Source: Bacillota bacterium
Lineage (GTDB): Bacteria; Bacillota; Clostridia; Saccharofermentanales; Saccharofermentanaceae
Direction of reading: 5' to 3'
DNA: 64,000 nucleotides
Assembly (NCBI GenBank): GCA_036782995.1
Contig: DAIPXZ010000001.1
Coordinates: 1-64,000 of the forward strand
Made by a program: the position numbers and the translations under genes. Below, one piece after another: positions 1-8,217 of this stretch (its first letter is position 1; every line of letters starts with the position of its first letter). The notes beneath the pieces are model-generated. The model did not search any database, had not been told where the DNA came from, and was given only the letters and a program-made list of their open reading frames with translations.

Positions 1-899
1 TCGAGATCAACATAGATATGCTCGTTGACATTGAGTTTGGACAATAAGCATACTGTTTCGACATGTGTCTCTAAAGGTAGGGAATTTTTATCAACGCTAT
101 CTTTAGGGTTAATATCAACTGTATCATAGCGTTTACCCTCAATATTAAGTGGTATCTTGAACTGGATTCTACGAACCCAGCGACCATCTTTTTGCTTCTC
201 TGGGAACAAATCAACTCTTTCTATTATGCTATTCATAATCTCTTTTTCGACTTCATCCGACATATCATCAGCACCAATACTATCAAGGATACAATCCAAA
301 ATATCACTATAACTAGCAATAGATGCTTGCTTATTTTTCGCATTGTCAATCAGTATGGAGTTTTGTACAAGATTCTCATTTACAGCTTTAATATCAGCAT
401 ACTGTGTTTTCAAAACACTCTGCAAATCATCGTACAAATCGTCATATGCTTCATCATCAGCGTCCAATGCATTAATTTTTGATAATAATTTTTTCTTCTT
501 TGTTTCTAATTTTCGTAAATCATTTGTTAATCTGTCTTCTGTTTCCAGCAAGCCCGATAAATCAACACCTGAACCAACGCTCTTTAATACGTTTGCTCTA
601 AAGTCCGAATCCTTTAGAACCCACTTCACAATGGCTTCTACTTCTCTATCGACAATATCCTGTCTAATATGCTTTGAAAAGTTACACTCTGTACCTGTCT
701 GATTCTTACTATTCTTGCATAAATAATACCACATATCTGTGTAAAACTCACCACTACCATCTTTCTTCTCTTTGCGATTGACTACACCATACATACTACC
801 GCCACACCGCGGGCATTTCGTCAATCCAGATAAGATAGGGGGCACTAAATGCTCCTTGTGCTTTTTTCTTACATAAATTGTATTGGCATTAGGCTTCAT
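1..899 (-). pseudogene. Large serine recombinase remnant. Only the C-terminal zinc-ribbon/coiled-coil part is present, the catalytic N-terminal domains are missing, and the 3' end runs off the left edge
   Basis: I translated the minus frame myself and it is open from ATG 899 to position 1: MKPNANTIYVRKKHKEHLVPPILSGLTKCPRCGGSMYGVVNRKEKKDGSGEFYTDMWYYLCKNSKNQTGTECNFSKHIRQDIVDREVEAIVKW...RKLETKKKKLLSKINALDADDEAYDDLYDDLQSVLK... A LSGLxKCxxCG zinc ribbon followed by a coiled coil is the C-terminal architecture of large serine recombinases. Here the ribbon starts at about aa 27, so roughly 250 aa of resolvase/recombinase domain are absent. There is no SD before the ATG and an in-frame TAG lies 15 codons upstream. 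The segment is visibly AT-richer (about 35% GC in the lines I counted) than the rest of the window. Confidence 0.6.
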
Positions 900-936
900 A
901 CATACGTTTGGAATCGCGGCAGTAGCAAATCTTTTC

Positions 937-1719
937 TTATTCGCCTACCAGCCAAGCTTTCACAATCTCGCCATCGCCGTCACCCATGAATGGGTGCTCG
1001 CTTGCCTCCGAAATCGTAAGCTGGCAACCGAATCGATTCGCAAATTCTGTAATCACCTCGCGAGACTGGAACGTATCTTTTCCACCATAAAGGATGGTAG
1101 TCGGGTGCGGCCATTTCGTGATGGGATGGGCAAGAACATACTGAAAATAGTCCCAGCGAAGCGCATCAATCGGCGTGTCAATTTCTTTTTCTTGACGGAG
1201 ACGCTCCTCGGTAACATCATTCCACATAAACATTTGCCGAATCATATACTCCATATCCACAATCGGCGACTGGAAAAAGCATTGCTCAAAAGCTCTGTCC
1301 GCATATGTATTCAGGCTGAAATAGGCACCAAGGCTACAAGCGTATAAGGACACATGCGTCCAACGCGCGAAGGCGAAATTGGCAATCACATCGAGATCTG
1401 TAATGCCATTCCACACGTCACAACGCCGCTCGTGGTCATCAGCGCGTTCGCCATGCTCCGGCAGGTCAAAGCTCAGCGTTTGATAACCCTTCTCTTCCAT
1501 TATCTCTGCGAAAAAAGCAGCATATTCTTTGCGTGACATTTTGCCATGCACATGGATAAATACCTTGTCGGACGGTGCGCCCCAGATTATGGCTGGAATT
1601 CCGGCAATCGCAATTTTTTCTTGTTTCATAAAAACACCATCTCTATTTTGATTGTTCAGCTGACACTCTGTCCCGGGGCTGTGATTCTTGATTTCAGCGT
1701 AGGGCAATGCTTTTTTCAT
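937..1719 (-). CDS. alpha/beta-fold hydrolase
   Basis: 260-aa ORF with VFIHVHGKMSRKE and a nucleophile-elbow-like YACSLGAYF. Size and pattern fit alpha/beta hydrolases. The internal Met (MKQEKIAIAG, start 1629) may be the real start. Confidence 0.65.
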   Translation of the reverse strand: MKKALPYAEIKNHSPGTECQLNNQNRDGVFMKQEKIAIAGIPAIIWGAPSDKVFIHVHGKMSRKEYAAFFAEIMEEKGYQTLSFDLPEHGERADDHERRCDVWNGITDLDVIANFAFARWTHVSLYACSLGAYFSLNTYADRAFEQCFFQSPIVDMEYMIRQMFMWNDVTEERLRQEKEIDTPIDALRWDYFQYVLAHPITKWPHPTTILYGGKDTFQSREVITEFANRFGCQLTISEASEHPFMGDGDGEIVKAWLVGE

Positions 1720-1889
1720 TATAGCACCATGCCGCCTCGACGCGATTATTCACACGAATCACAGTATAACAGCCGCACTTCTTCCCTGTTCTTTATTGCT
1801 TTTTCTTTGCAAAGCACCGCTTCGACTGATGCTATCTCTCAATTTCTGGGGTAAAATAGTAGCGTATTGATTTTGGGAGGTACTTAACT

Positions 1890-2327
1890 ATGAAAATGGA
1901 AGCATTAAAAAGTGAAATGATTACCGCAATGAAGGCTCATGATAAAGAACGAAAAGAATCGATTTCTTGCTTGATTGCTGCGATTAAGAAGGTCGCCATC
2001 GACGAAGGTCTTCGCGACGATATTCCGGAAGAAATGGTAGATACTGTCCTTCTTAAGGAAGTAAAACGCATGAAGGAGCAAGTAGATAGCTGCCCGGATG
2101 CGAGAACAGATTTGAAAGCGGAATATGAGGCGCGATACAAGATTTTCCTCGAGTTCGTTCCAAAGATGATGTCGCAAGATGAAATCGAGGCCTATTTAAA
2201 GGAAAACTTTGCCGAGGTAGTTGCTTCTAAAAACAAGGGTAACATCATGAAAAGTGTCATGGGCGCTTTGAAGGGCAAGGCGGACGGTAAGGACATTAAT
2301 GCTGTCGTTGCGAAGCTTTGCCAATAA
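1890..2327 (+). CDS. GatB/YqeY domain-containing protein
   Basis: 145 aa. MKMEALKSEMITAMKAHDKERKESISCLIAAIKK...GKADGKDINAVVAKL matches the YqeY-type small protein pattern. A GGGAGG SD lies upstream. Confidence 0.8.
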   Translation: MKMEALKSEMITAMKAHDKERKESISCLIAAIKKVAIDEGLRDDIPEEMVDTVLLKEVKRMKEQVDSCPDARTDLKAEYEARYKIFLEFVPKMMSQDEIEAYLKENFAEVVASKNKGNIMKSVMGALKGKADGKDINAVVAKLCQ

Positions 2328-2422
2328 AAACAGTCTTTTTAAGGCGGTAAAATAGTCGAGCTCTCGCATATTTTGCCAATAAGGTCGGATACTTCGATTT
2401 CGATGGAGAGAAAGTAAATGAT

Positions 2423-3241
2423 ATGAAAAACATCATTGCCATGAATTGCATTTGCGCCGATATCTTTGTCGCGAGCGGAGAAATCCGTCCAGGCGGCGAA
2501 GCCTTGAATTTCGCGGCAAATGCCTGCCATTACCCGCATCTACATGTCGGTGTCATCAGCGCCATCGGCGACGATGACTGTGGCAAGACCATTCTCGAAT
2601 CGATGGAACACCTGCCCATTGACCGCGCAGGATTACATGTTTTCGAAGGCAAAACCACTGCGAGCAACCGCACCTATCTTACAAAAACCGGCGACCGCTA
2701 TTATCTTCCCGACTCTTGGAATGGCGGTGTTTATCAGTCCTACGCACTCTCTGACGAGGATTACGCACTTATGGCAAATGCCCATATTGTCCACGTCAAC
2801 CACCGTTCTCCGGTGCTTGAGGATATTCTTCGCGAAAAATCCCGTAGTCACTTTGGCTTATCTATCGATTGCAATACGGATCGTAATGTAACCAAGCTCT
2901 CTCGACTCGCCTCGATGGCAGATTATTTCTTCATCAGTGCCGATGACGAGTTTTTGCAAACCTTACGTAGCTGGTCTCTTCAGTATTCGGGTATTTTTGT
3001 CGGAACGCTTGCCGAGCGCGGCAGTATTGCATATAAAAATGGGCTCGTATACCGAGCCGCGGCGATTCCGGCAGAAACGATAGTGGATACAACCGGTTGC
3101 GGTGACTCCTATCAAGCAGGCTTCATCGGCGCCTACACTCGCCCGTCGTCAGAAGGCGGCGGAGATATCCTTGAGGCGATGAAAGAAGGTTCGCGAGTTG
3201 CATCGCAAACCCTGACACACTTTGGTGGTTTCAGCTGGTAA
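2423..3241 (+). CDS. PfkB-family sugar kinase (fructoselysine/ketohexose kinase-like)
   Basis: 272 aa. The C-terminal DTTGCGDSYQAGFIGAY is the PfkB signature (DTxGxGD). An N-terminal GGEALN motif is also present. Confidence 0.75.
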   Translation: MKNIIAMNCICADIFVASGEIRPGGEALNFAANACHYPHLHVGVISAIGDDDCGKTILESMEHLPIDRAGLHVFEGKTTASNRTYLTKTGDRYYLPDSWNGGVYQSYALSDEDYALMANAHIVHVNHRSPVLEDILREKSRSHFGLSIDCNTDRNVTKLSRLASMADYFFISADDEFLQTLRSWSLQYSGIFVGTLAERGSIAYKNGLVYRAAAIPAETIVDTTGCGDSYQAGFIGAYTRPSSEGGGDILEAMKEGSRVASQTLTHFGGFSW

Positions 3242-3284
3242 TGTTTGGCAGATCAAGAACTGCAATCTGCAATCCATATGTATA

Positions 3285-3479
3285 TTAGATTTCCTGTGCC
3301 TCAAACCCTATATCTGCGAGTTCTTCAATGGCGGCCGACGCTTGTGCGGCACTTCCATTAATCGTGACCGTCGATTGCTCCAATGAGACAACATAATCCA
3401 GCCCCATGTCTGACAGACAATTCGACACTCTTTCCACGCATTTTTCACAAGTCATATTGGCTATCTTTAAATGTTTCAT
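3285..3479 (-). CDS. heavy-metal-associated (HMA) domain protein, CopZ-like metallochaperone
   Basis: 64 aa. MKHLKIANMTCEKCVERV carries the MxCxxC metal-binding motif, and the size fits a ferredoxin-like fold. Confidence 0.7.
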   Translation of the reverse strand: MKHLKIANMTCEKCVERVSNCLSDMGLDYVVSLEQSTVTINGSAAQASAAIEELADIGFEAQEI

Positions 3480-3496
3480 ATTGCCACCCCTTTAAC

Positions 3497-3525
3497 AAAA
3501 TACCGCGAATTCGCAAATTATTCAA
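3497..3525 (-). promoter_or_regulatory. candidate promoter TTGAAT-17-TATTTT with the 10-bp palindrome GCGAATTCGC (3505-3514) in the spacer
   Basis: Read on the minus strand directly upstream of the HMA gene. Hexamer spacing counted as 17 nt. The palindrome is perfect. Confidence 0.25.
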
Positions 3526-3597
3526 TGCGATTGCGTTACTTATCAAACAGCAAACGGCGAGTAAGGTCTTCTCACCCGCCGTTTCTGCTGTTCTTCG

Positions 3598-4182
3598 TTA
3601 ATTGTTTGTATACTTACTTTTTCTGCTCACTACAAGCAAAACAGCAGCACAGGTCAGCACCGAAATTGCAAGCCATGGGATGATGTTACTACTATCGCCC
3701 GTGGCAGGAATGTCCGCAGCAGCTGCTGTAACTTCAGCTGCCGTTATTGTAAATGGTGTATCAACGAAACCATCCGTGTAAAGAATGCGCAAAGTATGCG
3801 TCCCTACTGCGAGTGTATTAAGATAATCTGCATGAAGTGTAATGCTCGTGCTTCCCTCTACCTCTGTTTTGTCGAATTTATCTGCAGCAACAGCGACACC
3901 ATCAAGCATTATGCCCGTGAACTTGCTAAGCTCACCATTTACTTTAATAACCCAAGTGGTGTCTGTGTTCATCTGATGTTTGCCGTATGCACCTGCGAGA
4001 AGTAAGTAGCAATAATCCGAAAGTGTAACATCAGCATCTGTAATGTTGCTAGATGCCAAAGTGACTAAGCCGATTCCCGTATTATAGGACTCAGAGGAAA
4101 CATAGATGGTGTATTCGCCGGATTCTGTATCAAATGATGCAGGGAAGGAATAAACACCATTTGCATTCGTTTTTGTAGTCAT
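3598..4182 (-). pseudogene. C-terminal fragment of a cell-wall-anchored surface protein (IPATG sorting signal), with no signal peptide
   Basis: The ORF ends ...AADIPATGDSSNIIPWLAISVLTCAAVLLVVSRKSKYTNN, which is an LPxTG-like motif followed by a hydrophobic helix and a basic tail. The body looks like beta-rich adhesin repeats (TNANGVYSFPA...). The in-frame extension upstream (to a TAA near 4320) has no signal peptide or good start, and a terminator hairpin sits just upstream. Confidence 0.45.
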
Positions 4183-4343
4183 CGCATCAATATCGATTAC
4201 ATCCAGGGCTTCCTTTACGCACGACCCATGCCGATTGAAGCTTTTGTGCTTTTCTTGAAGGAGAAGATGTAGTCCCTGGCATGAACGGCATCGCGTAAAG
4301 TGCAGTAACAGATACTCATATTGTTAATGCTATTATGACCATG

Positions 4344-4383
4344 AAAAACCCTATTCGACGCCAAATCGAATAGGGCTTTTGTT
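4344..4383. terminator. bidirectional rho-independent terminator
   Basis: AAAAA-CCCTATTCGA-cgccaaa-TCGAATAGGG-CTTTTGTT. The stem is a perfect 10 bp (4349-4375) flanked by an A-run and a T-run. It lies downstream of eutH and the small ORF on the minus strand. Confidence 0.65.
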
Positions 4384-4440
4384 ACTATGTGATGTAATAA
4401 AATTGCACTTCGCGATAGTTTTGCTGTCCACTGATGGTTA

Positions 4441-4608
4441 TCAAGATTTCTCCGGTTTCTGTTCCGCACTCTTGGCTTTCGTTTCAGATTCATCCGACTT
4501 TTTTTGAATGGCTTTGATTTTAGGTAAGATTTTCGGCGCGATAATCATCGCAGCAGCCACAGCAAAGATTCCAGCGACCAATTTTGCCACGATTACCGGA
4601 AAGACCAT
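4441..4608 (-). CDS. hypothetical small membrane protein (55 aa)
   Basis: Not in the ORF track because it is under 60 aa. MVFPVIVAKLVAGIFAVAAAMIIAPKILPKIKAIQKKSDESETKAKSAEQKPEKS is one hydrophobic helix plus a charged tail. It starts 3 nt after the eutH stop. The SD is weak or too close. Confidence 0.3.
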   Translation of the reverse strand: MVFPVIVAKLVAGIFAVAAAMIIAPKILPKIKAIQKKSDESETKAKSAEQKPEKS

Positions 4609-4611
4609 TTC

Positions 4612-5721
4612 CTAACTGGTTCTGGCGACAAAGCCAAGGTGGTCTCCGAAAACAAAAGCTGCGGATACACCAAATGCGATACTGAGCAATTTACCTTTGT
4701 CAGACATTGATTTCACCATACTGAACATCGGAACGGAATTGGCTAAATTGGCTATCATTCCCGAGCAAGCGACATCGTCTACGCCAAGCTTTTTACCGGC
4801 TTTATTCAGAGGCTTCTTGAATGCCTTTGTTATCCATTTTGCCATTGGATAAGCACCCATCAAGATAATACCGATTTGACCACAAACCAATAAAGCCTCA
4901 TCCAAATTCGTCATTCCTGTACTCTCGTTGACGGTAGACATAACACCAAAAACAGGCAAGAATATTCCGGTTATCTGCTGAACCACCGCAATTGCGGTCA
5001 ACATTGTGCCGACAATGCAGACGCCGGTACCAAAAATGTTGAAGCCTTTTATCATTGCTGTTGGTATGAACCATAACCCAAGACAGAGCAAGGCAGCAAA
5101 GATTATTACCGGGATAAGATTAATCAATATTGTGACAAAACTAATCGTATACAAAGTGATATTCATGAGTAAGCCGCCTGCGATACAGCCGAAAGGAACA
5201 CCTACCAGGCCTGCCAAAACACCGGCTGCCAGATATGGCCTGTCCTTTTTCTCGAGAATGCCCAATGCGACAGGAATTGTAAAAGTGATTGTTTGCCCCA
5301 TAACCGTTCCGAGAATCAAGCCCGAAAACATGGTCATCGTTTCATTTTTCGCCATACTTTGCGCCAAAGCATATCCACCCATATCACTGGATAAAAGAGT
5401 CGTCGCAAACATGGAGGGATCGGCACCAACAAGTGTGAAAATCGGAGTAATTATTGGCCCTAACAGCATGGAAAAAATAGGTGCGGCGGCGTATATACCA
5501 ATAAGTGCAAGACCAATCGGCCCAATGGCATTAAATCCATTATCAAATTCTTGACCGTAGCCTCTCTTGTTTCCTCGTATTTTATCGATTGCACCGATAA
5601 GCAAGAAAACCATCATTATCAGCATAATAATGGAGTTGATTGAGATGTTTTCACCAAACAGCTTCAGAGAATCAATAAAATTGTTGTTTTTTATCGTGCC
5701 AACCAGTTCACTAAAATCCAT
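4612..5721 (-). CDS. eutH: ethanolamine utilization protein EutH-family permease
   Basis: Resembles Salmonella EutH by eye along its length (GADPSMFATTLLSSDMGGYALA, IPVALGILEKKDRPYLAAGVLAGLVGVPFGCIAGG, AFGVSAAFVFGDHLGF). I moved the start to ATG 5721 (MDFSELV), which is preceded by AGGAG. Confidence 0.9.
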   Translation of the reverse strand: MDFSELVGTIKNNNFIDSLKLFGENISINSIIMLIMMVFLLIGAIDKIRGNKRGYGQEFDNGFNAIGPIGLALIGIYAAAPIFSMLLGPIITPIFTLVGADPSMFATTLLSSDMGGYALAQSMAKNETMTMFSGLILGTVMGQTITFTIPVALGILEKKDRPYLAAGVLAGLVGVPFGCIAGGLLMNITLYTISFVTILINLIPVIIFAALLCLGLWFIPTAMIKGFNIFGTGVCIVGTMLTAIAVVQQITGIFLPVFGVMSTVNESTGMTNLDEALLVCGQIGIILMGAYPMAKWITKAFKKPLNKAGKKLGVDDVACSGMIANLANSVPMFSMVKSMSDKGKLLSIAFGVSAAFVFGDHLGFVARTS

Positions 5722-6051
5722 CTTGTCACTCCTATAATGCATATATTGTGCTGTAAATCTGTTATACAGATATTTATTCATTGAATAGTGAGTTTATGTA
5801 ATGAATGATTCTGATTGTTGCAGGAGTTGCACCGAGTTTGCACACAGACAGCTTTCGTCTGTTGATGCATGTAGAAAAATACGACCTTCAATGGTTAATG
5901 AATACGGAAAATATCGCGAGCTACTTTTCGTGCTCGGCATTGAATTTGTTAAGTACTTTTAATATATCATAATATAAATTATTCTACAAGGAATTTACTT
6001 TTGCGTTCTTCGCATTACTTCTCATTTGCTAAAAGAATTCTTCAACGCAAA

Positions 6052-8217
6052 TTAACTGTGCGACACATAGCCACCATACACATCATCCATGCTCACGGGC
6101 TCTCCCGTTTTGAGCAAATCCAGTAGCCATTGGCCGTCATCGCCTTCACTTAGAAGGAATCCGTAATAGGCAATATAGGGTGCGCGATAAATCAGATATT
6201 GTCCACAAGTGCCGACAAGCTCAAATGGCTCGGCAATGTAGGTCGGAATCGTTGCGTATGCGTCTTCGGTCGTAATCATTACGACTTCGCCTTGATAATC
6301 TGATGCATTGTAGTATCGTAAGGTGTCGCCCCATAGGGGAGCACCGGCAAAGCCATCATTTACCGTCCGATATGTACGAGTTTCGTCAATCACGCGCAAG
6401 TTGCGAGCAAGCACGAGGTTTTCATCACCGACCACATAGACCATCGGGGTATCATATTGGTCAACGATGTCAGCAAGAATCTCCAGCTCCTCTACGTTGG
6501 TGTGATTGCGGCAGAGAGAATAATAGGAAATGCCGTTCGAACAAATGATACCGAGTATGACGCACAATATGATGGTTTTAGAGAAGAGGCGGTCTTTCGG
6601 CAAGTCTTCGATGTATTGTCCGACAAGCAGGAGCATGCCCATGAAGATAAAAATCACGTAACGCGTCTCGAACACTTCCGACCCATATGTTGTATACGAA
6701 AAAAGTAAGATCGCTATATTGGAGAGAATGAGAATAATCATGGAAAAGAGTGGCGTATCGACATCTTCTGCTTTAAGGTGTTTCTTTGTCGCGATGATGC
6801 TTGCAACGAGAATGAATAGACCGACGGCAAAGAAAACACAATATGCGATTCCTTTCAGTGAAATAATCGATATGTCCGTAGTACTTGGGAACATGGATGT
6901 GATGTCAAAGTATCCGAATAGCAGACCTTTAGCATTGCTTACGACTTCGGTTTTGGCTATCCATGCGATACTGGTATCGCGACTTTCGACGTGAAAAAAG
7001 CGAGCGGCTATGACTTTGCCTACTACTATCATGATACCCGTAATGGCAATGAACCATGTTTCGCGACAGAATACGGATTTGATATCATTTTTAACGAATG
7101 CACGTATTACGATATAGAGTGCAAATGGCGCGACAGTCATGATGAGCATAAATAATCCCGTGGAAAGGCCTGTCAGAAACGAAAGAACAAGACAAATAGC
7201 TGCCCATGGGAGTATTTCACGCATTTTTGCTTTGCGCGCCAGACGGGTCACGACTAAGGCGAATGCCAAAAGGAGTATGACACGATAGCTGTACGAGGCC
7301 ATGAATCCATATACCATGGCAAAATAATTCAATGCATTGTTGGTGTCGAAGGTCGTAAAATAAGGCGTTATGATGAGCGCGATTGTAAGAAGACGTGAAG
7401 ATAGCTGCCACTTCATTTCGCGTGTGAGTCCGGCAACGGCGGCAACAATAATTCCGGTCGTTAAAATGTTGCATAGACCATATGCCGTGAATACGTCACC
7501 AATCGCTCCATAGACGAGCCATGCCATAACGACAGAAGAATCCATTCCGAGGCCGGTCTGATAGGACCAATCATTCGGGAAAAGAGTCTTTTGGTTCCAT
7601 AATTCCTTAACAAAGAGATAGCATGACGATGCATCGAAGCCCAAATGGTTTCGAAGCATGGTGAGATTTACGAATACAATGAGAGCGAGTTCGATTCCGA
7701 CGACGCATAGGAGTACGATGTCGATTGGTTTTAGCTTTTGACGCAGGGTTTGTTCTGCGGCTGTCGTCGCGTTTTCTTTGCGCTTAAATGCCCAGAATTT
7801 ATTGAGCAAGAAGTTCATCGGGATGGTAATCACGAGGTTAATCAACGGCGCAATAAGGTCGGAGATATGGAGACATTCGACCCACACGAACAAAAGCACT
7901 GTGCTGAGAATGAATGTGAAGCCATAGGACGTAAATGATTTGGCATACGCCGTGATGTGTTCTTTGAAGGTTTTCTTTTGGCCGTCTGAAAAGATGAATC
8001 GGCTGTTCCAAATATAGGCATTGGTGACGCTAATCACAAAGCCTAAGATATTGCCGATTTGGTAATGCCAGCCGAATGCGAGGACGCATAAATAGTAGAT
8101 GCCTTGTGAAATCAACGTATTCGAAACACCAACCAAACCGAACTTGATGAATTGCATCAAGGGCTTGATCTTTGGGTGGTTCATAATTTGCGATAACCAG
8201 TTTGTCATTTTACTCAT
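6052..8217 (-). CDS. GtrA-like domain fused to a large polytopic membrane protein (putative GT-C-type terminal glycosyltransferase)
   Basis: 721 aa. The N-terminal ~150 aa are GtrA-like (FIKFGLVGVSNTLISQGIYY...NFLLNKFWAFKRK). They are followed by many hydrophobic helices and a ~130-aa soluble C-terminus. The start overlaps the rfbH stop (ATGA at 8214-8217). Confidence 0.65.
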   Translation of the reverse strand: MSKMTNWLSQIMNHPKIKPLMQFIKFGLVGVSNTLISQGIYYLCVLAFGWHYQIGNILGFVISVTNAYIWNSRFIFSDGQKKTFKEHITAYAKSFTSYGFTFILSTVLLFVWVECLHISDLIAPLINLVITIPMNFLLNKFWAFKRKENATTAAEQTLRQKLKPIDIVLLCVVGIELALIVFVNLTMLRNHLGFDASSCYLFVKELWNQKTLFPNDWSYQTGLGMDSSVVMAWLVYGAIGDVFTAYGLCNILTTGIIVAAVAGLTREMKWQLSSRLLTIALIITPYFTTFDTNNALNYFAMVYGFMASYSYRVILLLAFALVVTRLARKAKMREILPWAAICLVLSFLTGLSTGLFMLIMTVAPFALYIVIRAFVKNDIKSVFCRETWFIAITGIMIVVGKVIAARFFHVESRDTSIAWIAKTEVVSNAKGLLFGYFDITSMFPSTTDISIISLKGIAYCVFFAVGLFILVASIIATKKHLKAEDVDTPLFSMIILILSNIAILLFSYTTYGSEVFETRYVIFIFMGMLLLVGQYIEDLPKDRLFSKTIILCVILGIICSNGISYYSLCRNHTNVEELEILADIVDQYDTPMVYVVGDENLVLARNLRVIDETRTYRTVNDGFAGAPLWGDTLRYYNASDYQGEVVMITTEDAYATIPTYIAEPFELVGTCGQYLIYRAPYIAYYGFLLSEGDDGQWLLDLLKTGEPVSMDDVYGGYVSHS

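Noticed and set aside
1-80. The last residues before the window edge (...PLETHVETVCLLSKLNVNEHIYVDL) reminded me of the conserved C-terminal block of RumA/RlmCD-type methyltransferases, which would hint at integration into such a gene
   Set aside because: This rests only on memory of a short motif. I cannot align it here, and the reading frame is continuous with the recombinase fragment. I left it as a note rather than a claim.
192-702. Plus-strand ORFs of 96 and 119 aa in the first kilobase
   Set aside because: They are antisense to the continuous minus-strand recombinase frame, which I translated end to end. Their sequences are low-complexity (Ile/Phe/Ser-rich), as expected from an AT-rich antisense strand.
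4215-4493. 92-aa minus-strand ORF between eutH and the surface-protein fragment
   Set aside because: It spans the strong terminator hairpin at 4349-4375, has no SD, and its sequence is Arg/Asn-rich with no recognisable features. A different-frame 55-aa TM ORF explains the upstream part better.
5722-6051. Possible riboswitch or ANTAR-type antiterminator in the long eutH leader
   Set aside because: I found only short generic hairpins (for example ACAGAC-gaaagct-GTCTGT). I recognised no paired hexaloop ANTAR targets and no AdoCbl-riboswitch core. A covariance-model scan is needed.
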